Source: a virus (Duplodnaviria > Heunggongvirae > Uroviricota > Caudoviricetes). From it: DNA of 64,000 bases. The stretch spans positions 36,474 through 100,473 of IMG/VR virus record IMGVR_UViG_2851976983_000001. One strand, 5' to 3'. Below are positions 28,172-42,551 of this stretch, one piece after another (positions within the stretch are counted from its first letter, which is position 1; each line of letters opens with the position of its first letter). The position numbers were made by a program, and so were the translations under genes. The notes under the pieces were generated by a model. The model was not told where the DNA came from. It searched no databases and was given only the letters and a program-made list of their open reading frames with translations.

Positions 28172-28343
28172 TTTTGACATCCACTGTGCTTTGAAGTCGT
28201 TTTCTGTCTTCCTGTTTTGCCTTCTCTTCCATTGCTCGTCGCGCCGCATTTCCGCCCATCGTGTAAGCGCCGACAAGAACGAAAAGAACGGCAGCCAGCG
28301 TAATCAAAGCAACTTTTAGCTTTGTCATCAGGCTGCCTAGCAT
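28092..28343 (-). CDS. inner-membrane spanin candidate (Rz-like)
   Basis: N-terminal TM ALITLAAVLFVLVGAY followed by a charged region. Confidence 0.55.
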   Translation of the reverse strand: MLGSLMTKLKVALITLAAVLFVLVGAYTMGGNAARRAMEEKAKQEDRKRLQSTVDVKNETVNEVRQKDASGVHRELLDKWVRD

Positions 28344-28344
28344 A

Positions 28345-29064
28345 TTAGACCATCCCTTTCTGGTGTCTTCTTACCTGCGACCAGGCGATAAATCCAGCCA
28401 CAACAATAGTGGCAATACCGAAGATGATGCGTACTGTATCCCCGCTAGAGATATGACCTTGTGCTTTATCCATAGCAGCGGAAACCTGCGGCATAACATC
28501 TGCCAGCTGCGCCAGACCAATACCTGCTGTAACAGTTGCGCCAGCGGTTTCTTTAGTTACAGGAACAGCCTTCACGGTTTTCACCGGCTTAACGACGCCA
28601 GCTCGACGCAGACCTTCCTCAATAACTTCTGCCGCATACCAGGTGTTCAGCGTTTTTAGTGGACCTCGACCATTCTCGTGGCGAATGATTGCCTCAACCA
28701 AAGGTCGAAGGATGTCGTAATCATGCAGATCGATGATCATGTCTGCGGTTACACCAACGGCTTTAGACACCTCATTAATGTAGGCGTCAGTGTTGTTTTC
28801 ATTCGGCGGTGCCCAACGTTCAATAACTTCACGAATGGTATCGATACTTGAGCCGTCTTTTGCGCGACGTTTGTCGTGGTAGGTAATTAGAGTCACCGCC
28901 AGCGCACGAATCCCCCAAACAGGGTCTTTAAACGTGCAAAAGCGCGGTTCGTCTGGATTCGCAACCAGACCTTGCCACGGTGATCCTTTATCAAGATTAC
29001 CGGGGTTATTATTACGAATGCCTCTCGGAGTCTTCATCCTTGATCTCCTGTTATTGCAGTCCAT
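28345..29064 (-). CDS. lysis-cassette protein, possible endolysin/peptidoglycan-associated with C-terminal TM anchor
   Basis: Sits between holin-like and spanin genes; N-terminal GIRNNNPGNL motif; C-terminal hydrophobic helix IIFGIATIVVAGFIAWSQV; enzymatic class not established. Confidence 0.35.
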   Translation of the reverse strand: MDCNNRRSRMKTPRGIRNNNPGNLDKGSPWQGLVANPDEPRFCTFKDPVWGIRALAVTLITYHDKRRAKDGSSIDTIREVIERWAPPNENNTDAYINEVSKAVGVTADMIIDLHDYDILRPLVEAIIRHENGRGPLKTLNTWYAAEVIEEGLRRAGVVKPVKTVKAVPVTKETAGATVTAGIGLAQLADVMPQVSAAMDKAQGHISSGDTVRIIFGIATIVVAGFIAWSQVRRHQKGMV

Positions 29065-29386
29065 TTTTTACGCCATACGCGGCTAACCCCAAAAGCAGTG
29101 CAGTAATAATGAACGACGTTATTTTAGAAACAATGCCGCCAAAGAACCCACTGGAGATGGAATCTAACCGGTTAAGGAGCTTGTCCAGGTTGGAGTGTTG
29201 AATACTATGTTGCGCTGGGGTCATATCACCAAAGTAGGTTTTCAGCTGATCATTGACCTCCTGGCCAATTTCTTCACGTAGCTCTTTGCCTAATTTGCCA
29301 ACAACCTCCCGAGCAACGATCGCGGCAATACGCTCAACTTGCTCTGTTGTAACGCCCGCCATCTCGTTCGACATGTTTTCCTCCAT
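29051..29386 (-). CDS. holin-like small membrane protein
   Basis: 111 aa with C-terminal TM ITSFIITALLLGLAAYGV; first gene of the lysis cassette. Confidence 0.45.
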   Translation of the reverse strand: MEENMSNEMAGVTTEQVERIAAIVAREVVGKLGKELREEIGQEVNDQLKTYFGDMTPAQHSIQHSNLDKLLNRLDSISSGFFGGIVSKITSFIITALLLGLAAYGVKNGLQ

Positions 29387-29452
29387 GAAAAGTCAAATCG
29401 GGATGGCGGATTTATATCACATTTCACCCTTTTGTTGTAGGTGTGTACTTAC

Positions 29453-29689
29453 CTACCATTCAGCATTGCAACGGACTGATGAGAAAGCACCTACTCCTAC
29501 CCATCGCCAGTTATAGATGCTACCCGCTTTGTATAAGGTATAGTCGTTCACTTTTTTAACAGCATATATGGGTATGACTGTCTCCTGTCCACCAATGATA
29601 GCCTCACCATAACATATAGGTGTCGGCAATTTCTGGCAGCCAGTAAGAGAGAGAACAACAGCTATTGTTAGAAATAATCTTTTCATCAT
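29453..29689 (-). CDS. small lipoprotein
   Basis: MMKRLFLTIAVVLSLTGC signal peptide with LTGC lipobox; 78 aa. Confidence 0.6.
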   Translation of the reverse strand: MMKRLFLTIAVVLSLTGCQKLPTPICYGEAIIGGQETVIPIYAVKKVNDYTLYKAGSIYNWRWVGVGAFSSVRCNAEW

Positions 29690-29696
29690 TTACTCA

Positions 29697-30305
29697 TCAG
29701 TTATACAGATTTCTATTTATTACCGGTACTCTGCCATTTACGCTAAAACTATGGCCGCCATTAAGTTGGTTTACGAATATAGAGCTAACAGTATTTCCAT
29801 ATGCCGCATATCCATAAACCATTGTCATGGCCCCGCCCGGTACTGGAACCGCGAACACATTTGCATATGTTGGGATTATCGCTGGCGGGTAATCAAAAAC
29901 ATGCCCTCCAGAACTGTTCCACTCCGTATTATTAAGAAAGGTAAATGAAAGTGGGATATTTGCCGTATTATAGATCTCCTCTCCTCGCGCATTGAAAAAA
30001 CTCATGCCCCAAGTTTCTTTTTTGGCTATACCTTTCGAAAATACGTATATCGTGGCACTAGAGTCGCTACCCTGACCTCCGAAACTGTAAATCACCTGGT
30101 TGTTACGCACTATTCTGTTGGCTATTAATGAAACAGCTTTCGAATAGGAAACAAAAATCATCGGTGAACGATCTGGAGATATTTGGGTGTTAAACTCTGT
30201 CCCGCCAGACAAAGAAACAACCTGCTTTCTCTGAAAAACGATAGGAGACAAAGAAGGAGACATCCAGACCTTCCCGTCAGATCGATATATCTTGCTTCCG
30301 TACAT
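29697..30305 (-). CDS. hypothetical protein downstream of the tail fibre
   Basis: 202-aa ORF. Confidence 0.5.
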   Translation of the reverse strand: MYGSKIYRSDGKVWMSPSLSPIVFQRKQVVSLSGGTEFNTQISPDRSPMIFVSYSKAVSLIANRIVRNNQVIYSFGGQGSDSSATIYVFSKGIAKKETWGMSFFNARGEEIYNTANIPLSFTFLNNTEWNSSGGHVFDYPPAIIPTYANVFAVPVPGGAMTMVYGYAAYGNTVSSIFVNQLNGGHSFSVNGRVPVINRNLYN

Positions 30306-30559
30306 TATTTTTGAAAAACCAATATGTTTAAATTGCCACTAGCTCCAGACCATGAAATGGTATTTCCAGAAACCGTAAGACTTGTGTATTTCCCATTGGT
30401 TACGTCCATTATGTAATAGTCGATTCCCAATCCCGCCTCAACCTCATATGTTCTACTTCCAGAACCAGAGGGAGTAAAATAATCGAGGTAATAAACAGGG
30501 GCCAACGCATCGACCATCTCCTGTCTTGATGGCGACCATACCTGTGCACCATAGCTCAT
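30305..30559 (-). CDS. hypothetical protein downstream of the tail fibre
   Basis: 84-aa ORF; start overlaps the next gene's stop. Confidence 0.45.
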   Translation of the reverse strand: MSYGAQVWSPSRQEMVDALAPVYYLDYFTPSGSGSRTYEVEAGLGIDYYIMDVTNGKYTSLTVSGNTISWSGASGNLNILVFQK

Positions 30560-32023
30560 AAATATATCCTTATACTTTTAAGCAGGGGCTGGTTTAGTTC
30601 CAGCCCCGATTGAAGTTGTTTATTCTTTAGGTGAATTTAACTTCGTTTCAAGCTCCTCAACCCTTTTGGTCAATTGCTGAATATGATGAATGAGTGGTAC
30701 AACCAAACGCTCATACATCACCCCTTCAGCGACCATACCATTTGAGGAAATATCTTCTGGAGAATCATTATTTGTTGGTTCACGCCAATGGACATATTGC
30801 GGGGCAATCTCACCTACCTCTTCAGCAATAAGGCCGTAATACCCCCAATCCTTTCGGTCACCTCGACAAATTGAACGATACCAAACAGGTCTTAATGACA
30901 AAAGTTCATCAGCATATCGATCTTGTAATGTTTCAATATCCTTTTTATAGCGCCTTGAAGATGTTGAACGCCAAACTGTATTGATACCTGGGTTTGGATC
31001 AATGTACATATTGGCACCGCTAGTAGTTGTGCCAATATCCCATATAGCAAACCCTCCACTACCGCCTGATTTGACAACCAGTGTTTCAGCAATAATATCC
31101 AGGTTGCCACTATAGCCTGTCAGTGATGATCTGCTTGCATAGGAACTTAGAAGGTTTGTTACCTCTGTTTTCGTGTAAGCATTAAGGTTAGCCGCAGTCA
31201 AAGTAATATCGGCAGAGCCATCAAACGCCACACCAGCAATTTTCCTTGCTGTCTGCAATTTTGTGGCTGTTGCGGCATTACCAGTAGTATTCTGATTACC
31301 GGTTGTATTCACACCAGGGATTGAATCCTTAGCAGTATATACCTGCGCCCACGCTGACCATGCCGCATCTGTGGTATCTCTTCGTGAGCGAATGAAAACT
31401 GGCGCATGTGCACCGCTCGTACCACTCCAGCCAATAAGCAACTCGCCCTCACCAGCAGCACTCGCACCTTTCATGTGCAATACGTTGCCATACGTGGTCG
31501 GATAGCTATTGTTGTACGCCTCGTACATTTGAATGCCAGCAGTGCCTTGAGTAGAGCCGCTTAATGCCGTAACTCGGCCACGAGATACCAGTGTATTAAT
31601 GTTGATATCGCCTGAGCCATCAAACTTAACACCATTGATGTTTCTCGCTGTTTGCAACTTCGTAGCTGTTGAAGCATTACCGTTCAAACTACCATTTACG
31701 CCACCAGTCACATTTAGTCCATTACCAATTGATACCGCACCGCTGGTATTATTAATTGTAATAGGTCGCAAACCGTTCCATGAACCTAATGTGTCTCCTG
31801 ATGCTGTTAGCATGAAATATGTGTTCGATCCATCATTACGGATAAAGAACCCAAAGCTACCGTAAGCAATGCGGAAACCATTTGCATATTTTGAAATGAT
31901 CTCACCAGAAGACGTTAATCCGCCAGTTAACGCTCCTCCAGATAGTGGTAAAGCTCCGACATCAGCCGCAGTAGGCTTGTTTTTAGTGTTATACGCTCTG
32001 CGCCATCCTGGTTGGATTTGCCC

Positions 32024-32929
32024 CTATATTTCCAGACATCTGTTATCACTTAACCCATTACAAGCCCGCTGCCGCAGATATTCCCGTGGCGAGCGATAAC
32101 CCAGCGCACTATGCGGATGCCATTCGTTATAATGCTCGAACGCCTCTGCAAGGTTCTTTGCTGCCGTTAACCCGTCTGGTTTGGGCATGATACTGATGTA
32201 GTCACGCTTTATCGTTTTCACGAAGCTCTCTGCTATTCCGTTACTCTCCGGACTCCGCACCGCCGTGTTCTTCGGTTCAAGTCCCAACATCCGGGCGAAC
32301 TGGCGTGTTTCATTAGCCCGGTAGCATGAACCATTATCCGTCAGCCACTCCACTGGAGACGACGGAAGATCGTTGCCGAAGCGGCGTTCCACCGCTCCCA
32401 GCATGACGTCCTGTACTGTTTCACTGTTGAAGCCGCCGGTAGTCACCGCCCAGTGCAGTGCCTCACGATCACAGCAGTCCAGCGCGAACGTGACACGCAG
32501 TCTCTCTCCGTTATCACAGCAGAACTCGAACCCGTCAGAGCACCATCGCTGATTGCTTTCTTTCACGGCCACTCTGCCTGTATGTGCCCGTTTCGATGGC
32601 GGTACAGCAGGTTTTCGCTCAAGCAACAGCGCATTCTGGCGCATGATCCGGTAAACACGTTTGGCATTGATCGCAGGCATACCATCAAGTTCTGCCTGTC
32701 TGCGAAGCAGCGCCCATACCCGACGATAACCATACGTGGGCAGCTCTCCGATAACATGGTGTATACGGAGAAGCACATCCGTATCATCAGTGTGACGACT
32801 GCGGCGGCCATCCATCCAGTCATCGGTTCGTCTGAGAATGACGTGCAACTGCGCACGCGACACCCGGAGACAACGGCTGACTAAGCTTACTCCCCATCCC
32901 CGGGCAATAAGGGCGCGTGCGCTATCCAC
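32024..32929 (-). CDS. insD: IS2 transposase OrfB
   Basis: 301 aa, recognised as IS2 InsD. Confidence 0.9.
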
Positions 32930-33252
32930 TTTTTTGCCCGTCCATATTCAACGGCTTCTTTGAGGAGTTCATTTTCCATCGTTTTCTTGCCGAGCAGGCG
33001 CTGGAGTTCTTTAATCTGCTTCATGGCGGCAGCAAGTTCAGAGGCAGGAACAACCTGTTCTCCGGCGGCGACAGCAGTAAGACTTCCTTCCTGGTATTGC
33101 TTACGCCAGAGAAATAACTGGCTGGCTGCTACACCATGTTGCCGGGCAACGAGGGAGACCGTCATCCCCGGTTCAAAGCTCTGCTGAACAATTGCGATCT
33201 TTTCCTGTGTGGTACGCCGTCTGCGTTTCTCCGGCCCTAAGACATCAATCAT
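32887..33252 (-). CDS. insC: IS2 OrfA (HTH)
   Basis: [41 protein letters not shown]...; ORF-track start trimmed to the IS2 orfA ATG. Confidence 0.9.
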
Positions 33253-36134
33253 CTGTTCTCCAATGACTAGTCTAAAAACTAGTATTAAGACTATCACTTA
33301 TTTAAGTGATACTGGTTGTCTGGAGATTCAGGGGGCCAGTCTACTGGTGAATAGCTCGTCCCGTTAAATACATAGATAAACTCCGCATTAGTGAGAGCAC
33401 CAGAGACACTCGTCGTTGTGGCCGTTGTTATACGGATCGTATAATTGTTTGAGCTACTACCGTTATTAAATACCTCTATAACAGCTCCTGCTAATGGAAT
33501 AACGCCACAACCAGTTTCACTATTTGGTATGGTTGCACTATTGGCATAGGCCCACGCACATCGAGCAATCCATGACTTTGTGTTAAATGCTCCATTATTT
33601 TGCAATAACGTCACTAACTGTGCTGTTGTTATTGCTCCGCCATTACTTCCTGTAGTTAACCAACCAGTAGGAGATGCCGGGCAACCTATATTTGCTGGCG
33701 ACAAGGAAATATTTGCCGAGCCGTCAAACGACACCCCATTGATAGTACGCGCAGTCTGCAACTTCGTAGCAGTAGCCGCGTTGCCCGTTGTATTCTGATT
33801 ACCAGTCGTATTAACACCTGGCAAATTAATATTCGCAGTACCATCAAAGCTCACGCCGCCGATAGTTCTTGCCGTCTGAAGTTTTGTAGCAGTTGCAGCA
33901 TTACCAGTGGTGTTCTGATTACCCGTAGTATTTACACCTGGAAGGTTGATATTTGCAGAACCGTCGAAACCAACTCCACCGATAGATCTTGCCGTCTGCA
34001 ATTTCGTTGCTGTACTTGCATTACCATTTAATGTTCCGGTGATCCCACCAGTAACAGACAACGGACCTGAAACTGTTCCTCCGGTTGTTGGCAGTGCTCC
34101 AATATCTAACGGCGTCGGTTTCTGATGTGTGCTATACATCGTATAAACAACACCATCGGTAACGCTGGAAGGCTTACTAGCTGAATATGTTGGCGATGTA
34201 TAAATAGAAACTGTCGCATTTGCAGTACAATCCCAATGGATATTTACACGAGTCGCATAATTGCCAATCTCAACGTAAATATCATATGTATCGCCGGATG
34301 TGTTGATCCAGGCGAAATTCGTTAATCCGACAGCTGTACGCTTCCACAAAGCACCTGTAATCCCTTTGGGGTTTCCATTGCCTGCTCGTAGAACCAGTTC
34401 TGAAATGCCTGCCTGATGTGGGGAGCCGACGTTGTAACCAGCGCCACCAATCAATGCGATGTAAACGATGGAACTCGCTTGTGGCATTGTAACAGTAGCC
34501 AGTTTGAACCACCCGGCCCCGCCAGAGAAAGACATCGTTATTGAATTTAAAGTACCAATATCTTTCGGCGTTAATGTGATATCCGCAGTCAGTGCTTTCC
34601 CGTTAATTTTTCGGTTAGATGGCACCCTGCTGTTCGCATTGTCATTGACTACTTTAACTGCTTTTGGCGTTGCGGCCAGCGATTCACTGGTGCTGTCGAC
34701 AGCACTGCTAAGTTTCACAACACCTTTAGTTGTAAGGCTTGCGTCTTCCATCGCAACTGCACCGGCAATCTCTTCAGCACGATCAGCAGCAGCTTCCGCA
34801 CGGGTCGCAGCGGATTCAGCAGCAGTTTTGCTCTGAGATGCTGCCGTCGCACTGCCTGCCGCCTCTGTTGCTTTCGTGGATGCCGTCGTGGCGCTGCCCT
34901 TCGCTGCTGACGCCTGTCTGGTCGCCTCATCTTTTGAAGCAGACGCAGATGATGCCGATGACGCTGCCGAACTGGCGGACGATGCGGCTGCCGTTTTTGA
35001 GGATTCTGCACGGGTTTCCGACGCTTTCGCGTTCGTTTCGGATGTCTTCGCTGCGGAAGCAGACCTCGCTGCTGCGCTGGCCTGTTCAGTGGCTTCGCCA
35101 GCCTTCGTTGTGGCTGTTGAAGCAGACGATGCGGCACTTTCTGCCGATTTTCCGGCGGCGGTGGCACTGGCTGAGGCCTGCCCGGCACTTGTTGACGCGG
35201 CACTGGCAGACGACGCAGCCGCTGTTTTTGAGCCTGCCGCAGCCGAGGCGCTCTGTCCCGCTGCCGTTTCAGAAGACCTGGCGTTCGTCTCGGACGTTTT
35301 TGCCGCCTTCGCGGAATTTCCTGCCGCCGTTGCCGAGGAAGCGGCATTACTGGCGCTCGAGGCTGCGCTCGTTTCTGATGATTTCGCTGCCTCTTTTGAG
35401 GCCGCCGCATCCCGGGCTGAGGTGGCAGCTTCTGACGCCTTCGTGGTCGCGGTGGATGCAGAAGTGGCTGCAGATTTTTGTGACGCTGCAGCATTCGTTT
35501 CAGACGTTTTCGCGGCACCGGCACTGGTGGCCGCCGCGCTTTTTGAGGACTCTGCAGCGGATGCACTTTGAGACGCTTGAGAGGCTTTTTCTCCAGCGGT
35601 ATTGGCGCTTTCTGCTGCTGCGGCAGCACTGGCCGCCGCCTCACGAGCTTTGTCGCCAGCAGCATCAATCGCGTCAGTGTTATTTTTATACCACTCAACG
35701 TTTTCGTTGTGCTCGTTGACGATCTGCATTAGCGGCTTAACGGCCACTTCTGTACCGTCTTCACGCTCGATTGTCACCTCATCCAGAGCAGTCAACCAAC
35801 TGCGCATGGACTTGGAATCAGCCGACATACGCGACATTAGTGCTGTAAAGCGCGCGCTAAACTGTGTTAAGTCGCCTTCATAGGTCGTAATGATTCGGCA
35901 CGGAACTTCAGACTGAGTTTCGCCGGTATAAGGTTCTGAGAGAACAATGTTCGTATCACTGGTTACGCGCTTGATCTCATACAGCTTATTGTCGGGGCCA
36001 ATGACGATCATCCCCGGCAACACACCATTAGCTGTTACGTTCCAGGCTGTCCCTGCCCCAACCAGAGTATTGCTGCCCTGTGTAAATGTGATAGTACCTT
36101 CCCTGTACCACATGTTGAATATGCTCCTTGATTT

Positions 36135-36155
36135 GGTGGGCTATCCTTGCCCACC
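36135..36155. promoter_or_regulatory. hairpin between the J-like stop and the tail-fibre start
   Basis: GGTGGGC-TATCCTT-GCCCACC; preceded on the minus strand by an ATAAGTA-type palindrome (36156..36176). Confidence 0.4.
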
Positions 36156-39100
36156 ATTAAGTATGTACCTACTTATTTTTACCTATATAAATATTTTTTT
36201 CTACATTACAGAAGGCCAATTCTTACTCGTAGGACGTTGTTATCGTCATAAACGTCAATCCGCTGACCATTTATGACCAGTCGCCCATTACCCCCGCTAT
36301 TACCGTTGATCTCAAGCGTTCCATTTTTGCCGAACCGCCATCCAGATCTACCGCTAACAAAATTGGTAGATTGCAGATCGCCTACTTTTGCATTGGTGAT
36401 TGTGCCATCCTTGATATACGCACCATTCATATAGGCGATACTGTTTTCGATAACAAATGGCGTGGTGATCTTCCCGTTAACAGAGTTGACCAAACCAAAC
36501 CTGTCAGCCTGCACCAAAAACTGAGAAAGGCCAGTGGTGTCGATACCAAGCGCAATACCAGCAACATACTTCTGCCCTCCGCTCGTTGAAGTCTCCATTT
36601 TCAACGTCCACGCGGTTGACACTTTTTTGTTGGTATCAGCAATAGCTGTTGCCTGCTGTTGAATTGTCGCGGTATTTCCATCCACCTCTGCTTTCAGAGT
36701 GTCGATTCGCCCACTTAGAGCATTATCTGCCTGCGTTCTCGCTGTCGTTTCAGTTGTGACCGCCGCAGAAATGTTGGCTGCTGTTTGAGACTCTAAGTTT
36801 GTGATTTGAGTCGCCAATGCCGCATCTTGCTCTGTACGCGTTTTCGTTTCGGTTGCTACAGCCGCTTTAATATCCTCTTTGTATTGAGAGGTCAGCTTGG
36901 TGATCTGAGACGACAACGCCGAGTCAGCATCAGTTCGAGCCTGCGTTTCAACTGCAACGGCCGCACTAATATCTTTCGCTGTCTGTGCTTTTAAACTTGA
37001 AACCTCTTTTGTTAAAGCGGTATCACCATCAGCACGAGCCGTTGTTTCTCTGGCAAGAGATGCCTCGAGATCATTAGCTTTTGCTGTAAGAGACGAAATC
37101 TGAGTGGACAATGCACTATCGGCATCAGTCCTTGCCTTTGTCTCTACAGCAACCGCTGCGGCAATATCAGTTCCGGTTTGTGCTCGCAGGCTGTTAATTT
37201 CTCGTGAGAGCGCCTGGTCAGCACTTGCTCTGGTCTCCTGCTCCTGAGTGATGGCAGCGGATATATCACCGTCAACCTTTGACTGAAGCTGGTTTATTTG
37301 TTTGGCTAACGCAGAGTCCCCGCTTGCTCGGGCCTCCTGCTCACTACGTATTGCAGCAGAAATATCATCATCAACCTTTGCCTGAAGTTGGGTGATCTGG
37401 CTTGCCAGAGCCGAATCTTCCGTTGCTCGGGCTTCTTGCTCTTCCTTAATAGCTGCGACGATATCGTTGCTTACTTTCGACTCAAGCTGAGTGATCTGTG
37501 TCGTCAGAGCTTCATCGGCAGATGTGCGAGCCTCCTGCTCTGTACTAATCGCCGCGCTGATATCTCCTTCAAACTTAGATTGCAGCTGAGTGACACGCTT
37601 TGCCAACGCTTCATCGCCATCGGCACGAGCGGTGGACTCTTCCAGAATACTGGCCTTAATGTCTTCGCCAATTTCTACGCGAATTTCCTCAACCTTCGTG
37701 GCCATTGCAGACATATCATCAGCAAAGGTTTTCTGTGTTGTTGCGATCTTCGCGTTATTGACCATCTGCTTGTGCTGGTCTTCATCTTGACGAAGAGCCA
37801 GGTCAATATTTGTTTTGGCTAACGCCTCAATGTTCGTAGTCAGTTCTGCACTGGCACGATCGACCTCTGCAACCGTCTTTTTCATTTCTTCAACGGCAGC
37901 GGAGCTTTCCTCTACCGTTGACTGCAACACTTCCAGTTGTTTAGCGTTTGCAGCATCGCCTTCAACACGAGCCTCGCTTTCCTTAGCAATAAGAGCCGCC
38001 GCTTCATCTCTTGCAGCCTTTATTGCCTCGACTGTATTAGCGAGAGCTTTATCGTGTTCAGATACGGTGTTTTCGATTTCAACAATTGCAGCATCAGTAG
38101 CATCAATTTTTTCAAACGCTTCATTGACCTTGTCGATCGTTGCCGAAACCTCACCTTTAAGCTCGGTTTGTGCGTTCTCCAAAGCATCGCTACGCTCGTT
38201 GAATTTTATTTCAAAACCCGCGAGGTTATCGCTGAACTGCTTATCTAATTCAGCTATATCTTCCTTAACGTCGTTTACCGACCCCTCCAAAGATTCGACG
38301 CTCTGGTTGATATGCTCATTTAACTCGTCAACTGCTTCTTGAGAGGCTTTGCTGTTGATGTCCTCAAGCAGAGCCTGACCAAGCTCGGAAGATGTAATTT
38401 TGCCAGCCAGGAACGACAGTACATCGCGAGTTGTCGCCTCTGTACCCAAGTTTGAGTTCGGAGGGCTTAACATACCTCGCTTGTTCGATGCTCGAACCCA
38501 GTAATACCACGTTTCGCTATCCCCAAGACCAGCATGTGTAAAGGTGGTGCTTGCAGACTCTGCGATCAGTTTCGCCGTATCCAGATTGTTGGTCTGGGAT
38601 GCGTAAACATTAATGTGATCAAGGTCTACCGAATCTGGATTAACCCAATTCAGTATCACATTACGATAGTCTCCAACGGCCGTTAATGACGTTGGGGCAT
38701 CCGGCGGTGTCATTGTGCCCAACACCTGATAAACGGTACTGATAATCTCTGTTTTTTTACCGTTGAATGAAACCGCATACAGTTGGAAGTCGTAGTGTCC
38801 ATTCTCCGCGACATTAACGATTTCGTATTGCTCTTCGGTTACACGCGCCGATTGCCAGTTCGATACATTGTTTTCATCAGAACGTCGCCAACTGATCCAA
38901 TACTCTGGAGATTTTCCTTCCCATGTTGCAGTCAGTTTTACTGACAGGTTGCCCGGGCTTGAGAGATAAGTCCCTTCAGTGATTTGCAGATTAGATGGCT
39001 TGGAGTAAGTTGGGTCCAATACCGTCGTATTCTGCGGGATCAGCGTTGCGCCATTGTCGATTGCCTCATATTTAGACGGATTGTTCTCAACAGCGGTGAT

Positions 39101-39229
39101 GTCAAAGCTACCCGGCGTTTCCCCCTGCGCGATGTTAACGATGCGAACGCGCATAGGTTCGAGATCTGGTTCTGTAATTGTCCAGACACCGTTCAAAACA
39201 GGCGTTTCCGCTGACGACAGGGCTTTTGA

Positions 39230-41174
<1,945 letters not shown>

Positions 41175-41199
41175 ACTTCCTGAGAAAGAGGTAAACAGG

Positions 41200-41522
41200 A
41201 TGACTAAAAATACTCGTTTTTCCCCCGAAGTCCGTCAACGGGCAGTCCGTATGGTTCTGGAAAGTCAGGATGAATATGACTCACAGTGGGCGGCAATTTG
41301 TTCCATTGCCCCAAAGATTGGCTGTACGCCGGAGACTCTGCGTGTCTGGGTTCGCCAGCATGAGCGGGATACCGGGGGCGGTGATGGTGGGCTCACCAGC
41401 GCTGAACGTCAGCGTCTGAAAGAGCTGGAACGTGAAAATCGTGAACTGCGCCGCAGTAACGATATCCTTCGCCAGGCTTCCGCTTATTTTGCGAAGGCGG
41501 AGTTCGACCGCCTCTGGAAGAA

Positions 41523-41526
<4 letters not shown>
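41200..41526 (+). CDS. IS3-family transposase OrfA
   Basis: [57 protein letters not shown] (HTH + leucine zipper). Confidence 0.9.

Positions 41527-42551
<1,025 letters not shown>

Larger units (their letters stand above)
32013..33343 (-). mobile_element. IS2 insertion sequence (1331 bp)
   Basis: Ends TGGATTTGCCCCTAT... and ...GGGGGCCAGTCTA; 5-bp target duplication CTGGT at 32008..32012 and 33344..33348; carries insC and insD. Confidence 0.95.
30620..36113 (-). pseudogene. side tail fibre gene interrupted by IS2
   Basis: N-terminal fragment 33349..36113 (Ala/Ser-rich region plus TATKLQTAR fibre repeats) and C-terminal fragment 30620..32007 (more repeats plus chaperone-like SRRYKKDIE...GYYGLIAEEV) rejoin in frame when IS2 and one CTGGT copy are removed (~1385 aa). 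Confidence 0.8.

Noticed and set aside
34715-35719. Three long ORFs (34715..35698 minus, 34739..35719 plus, 34876..35571 plus) overlapping the tail-fibre gene
   Set aside because: They arise from the Ala/Ser-rich low-complexity region, which is open in several frames; the products are Pro/Arg/Gln-rich nonsense and the fibre frame is the one that is collinear with the rest of the gene.
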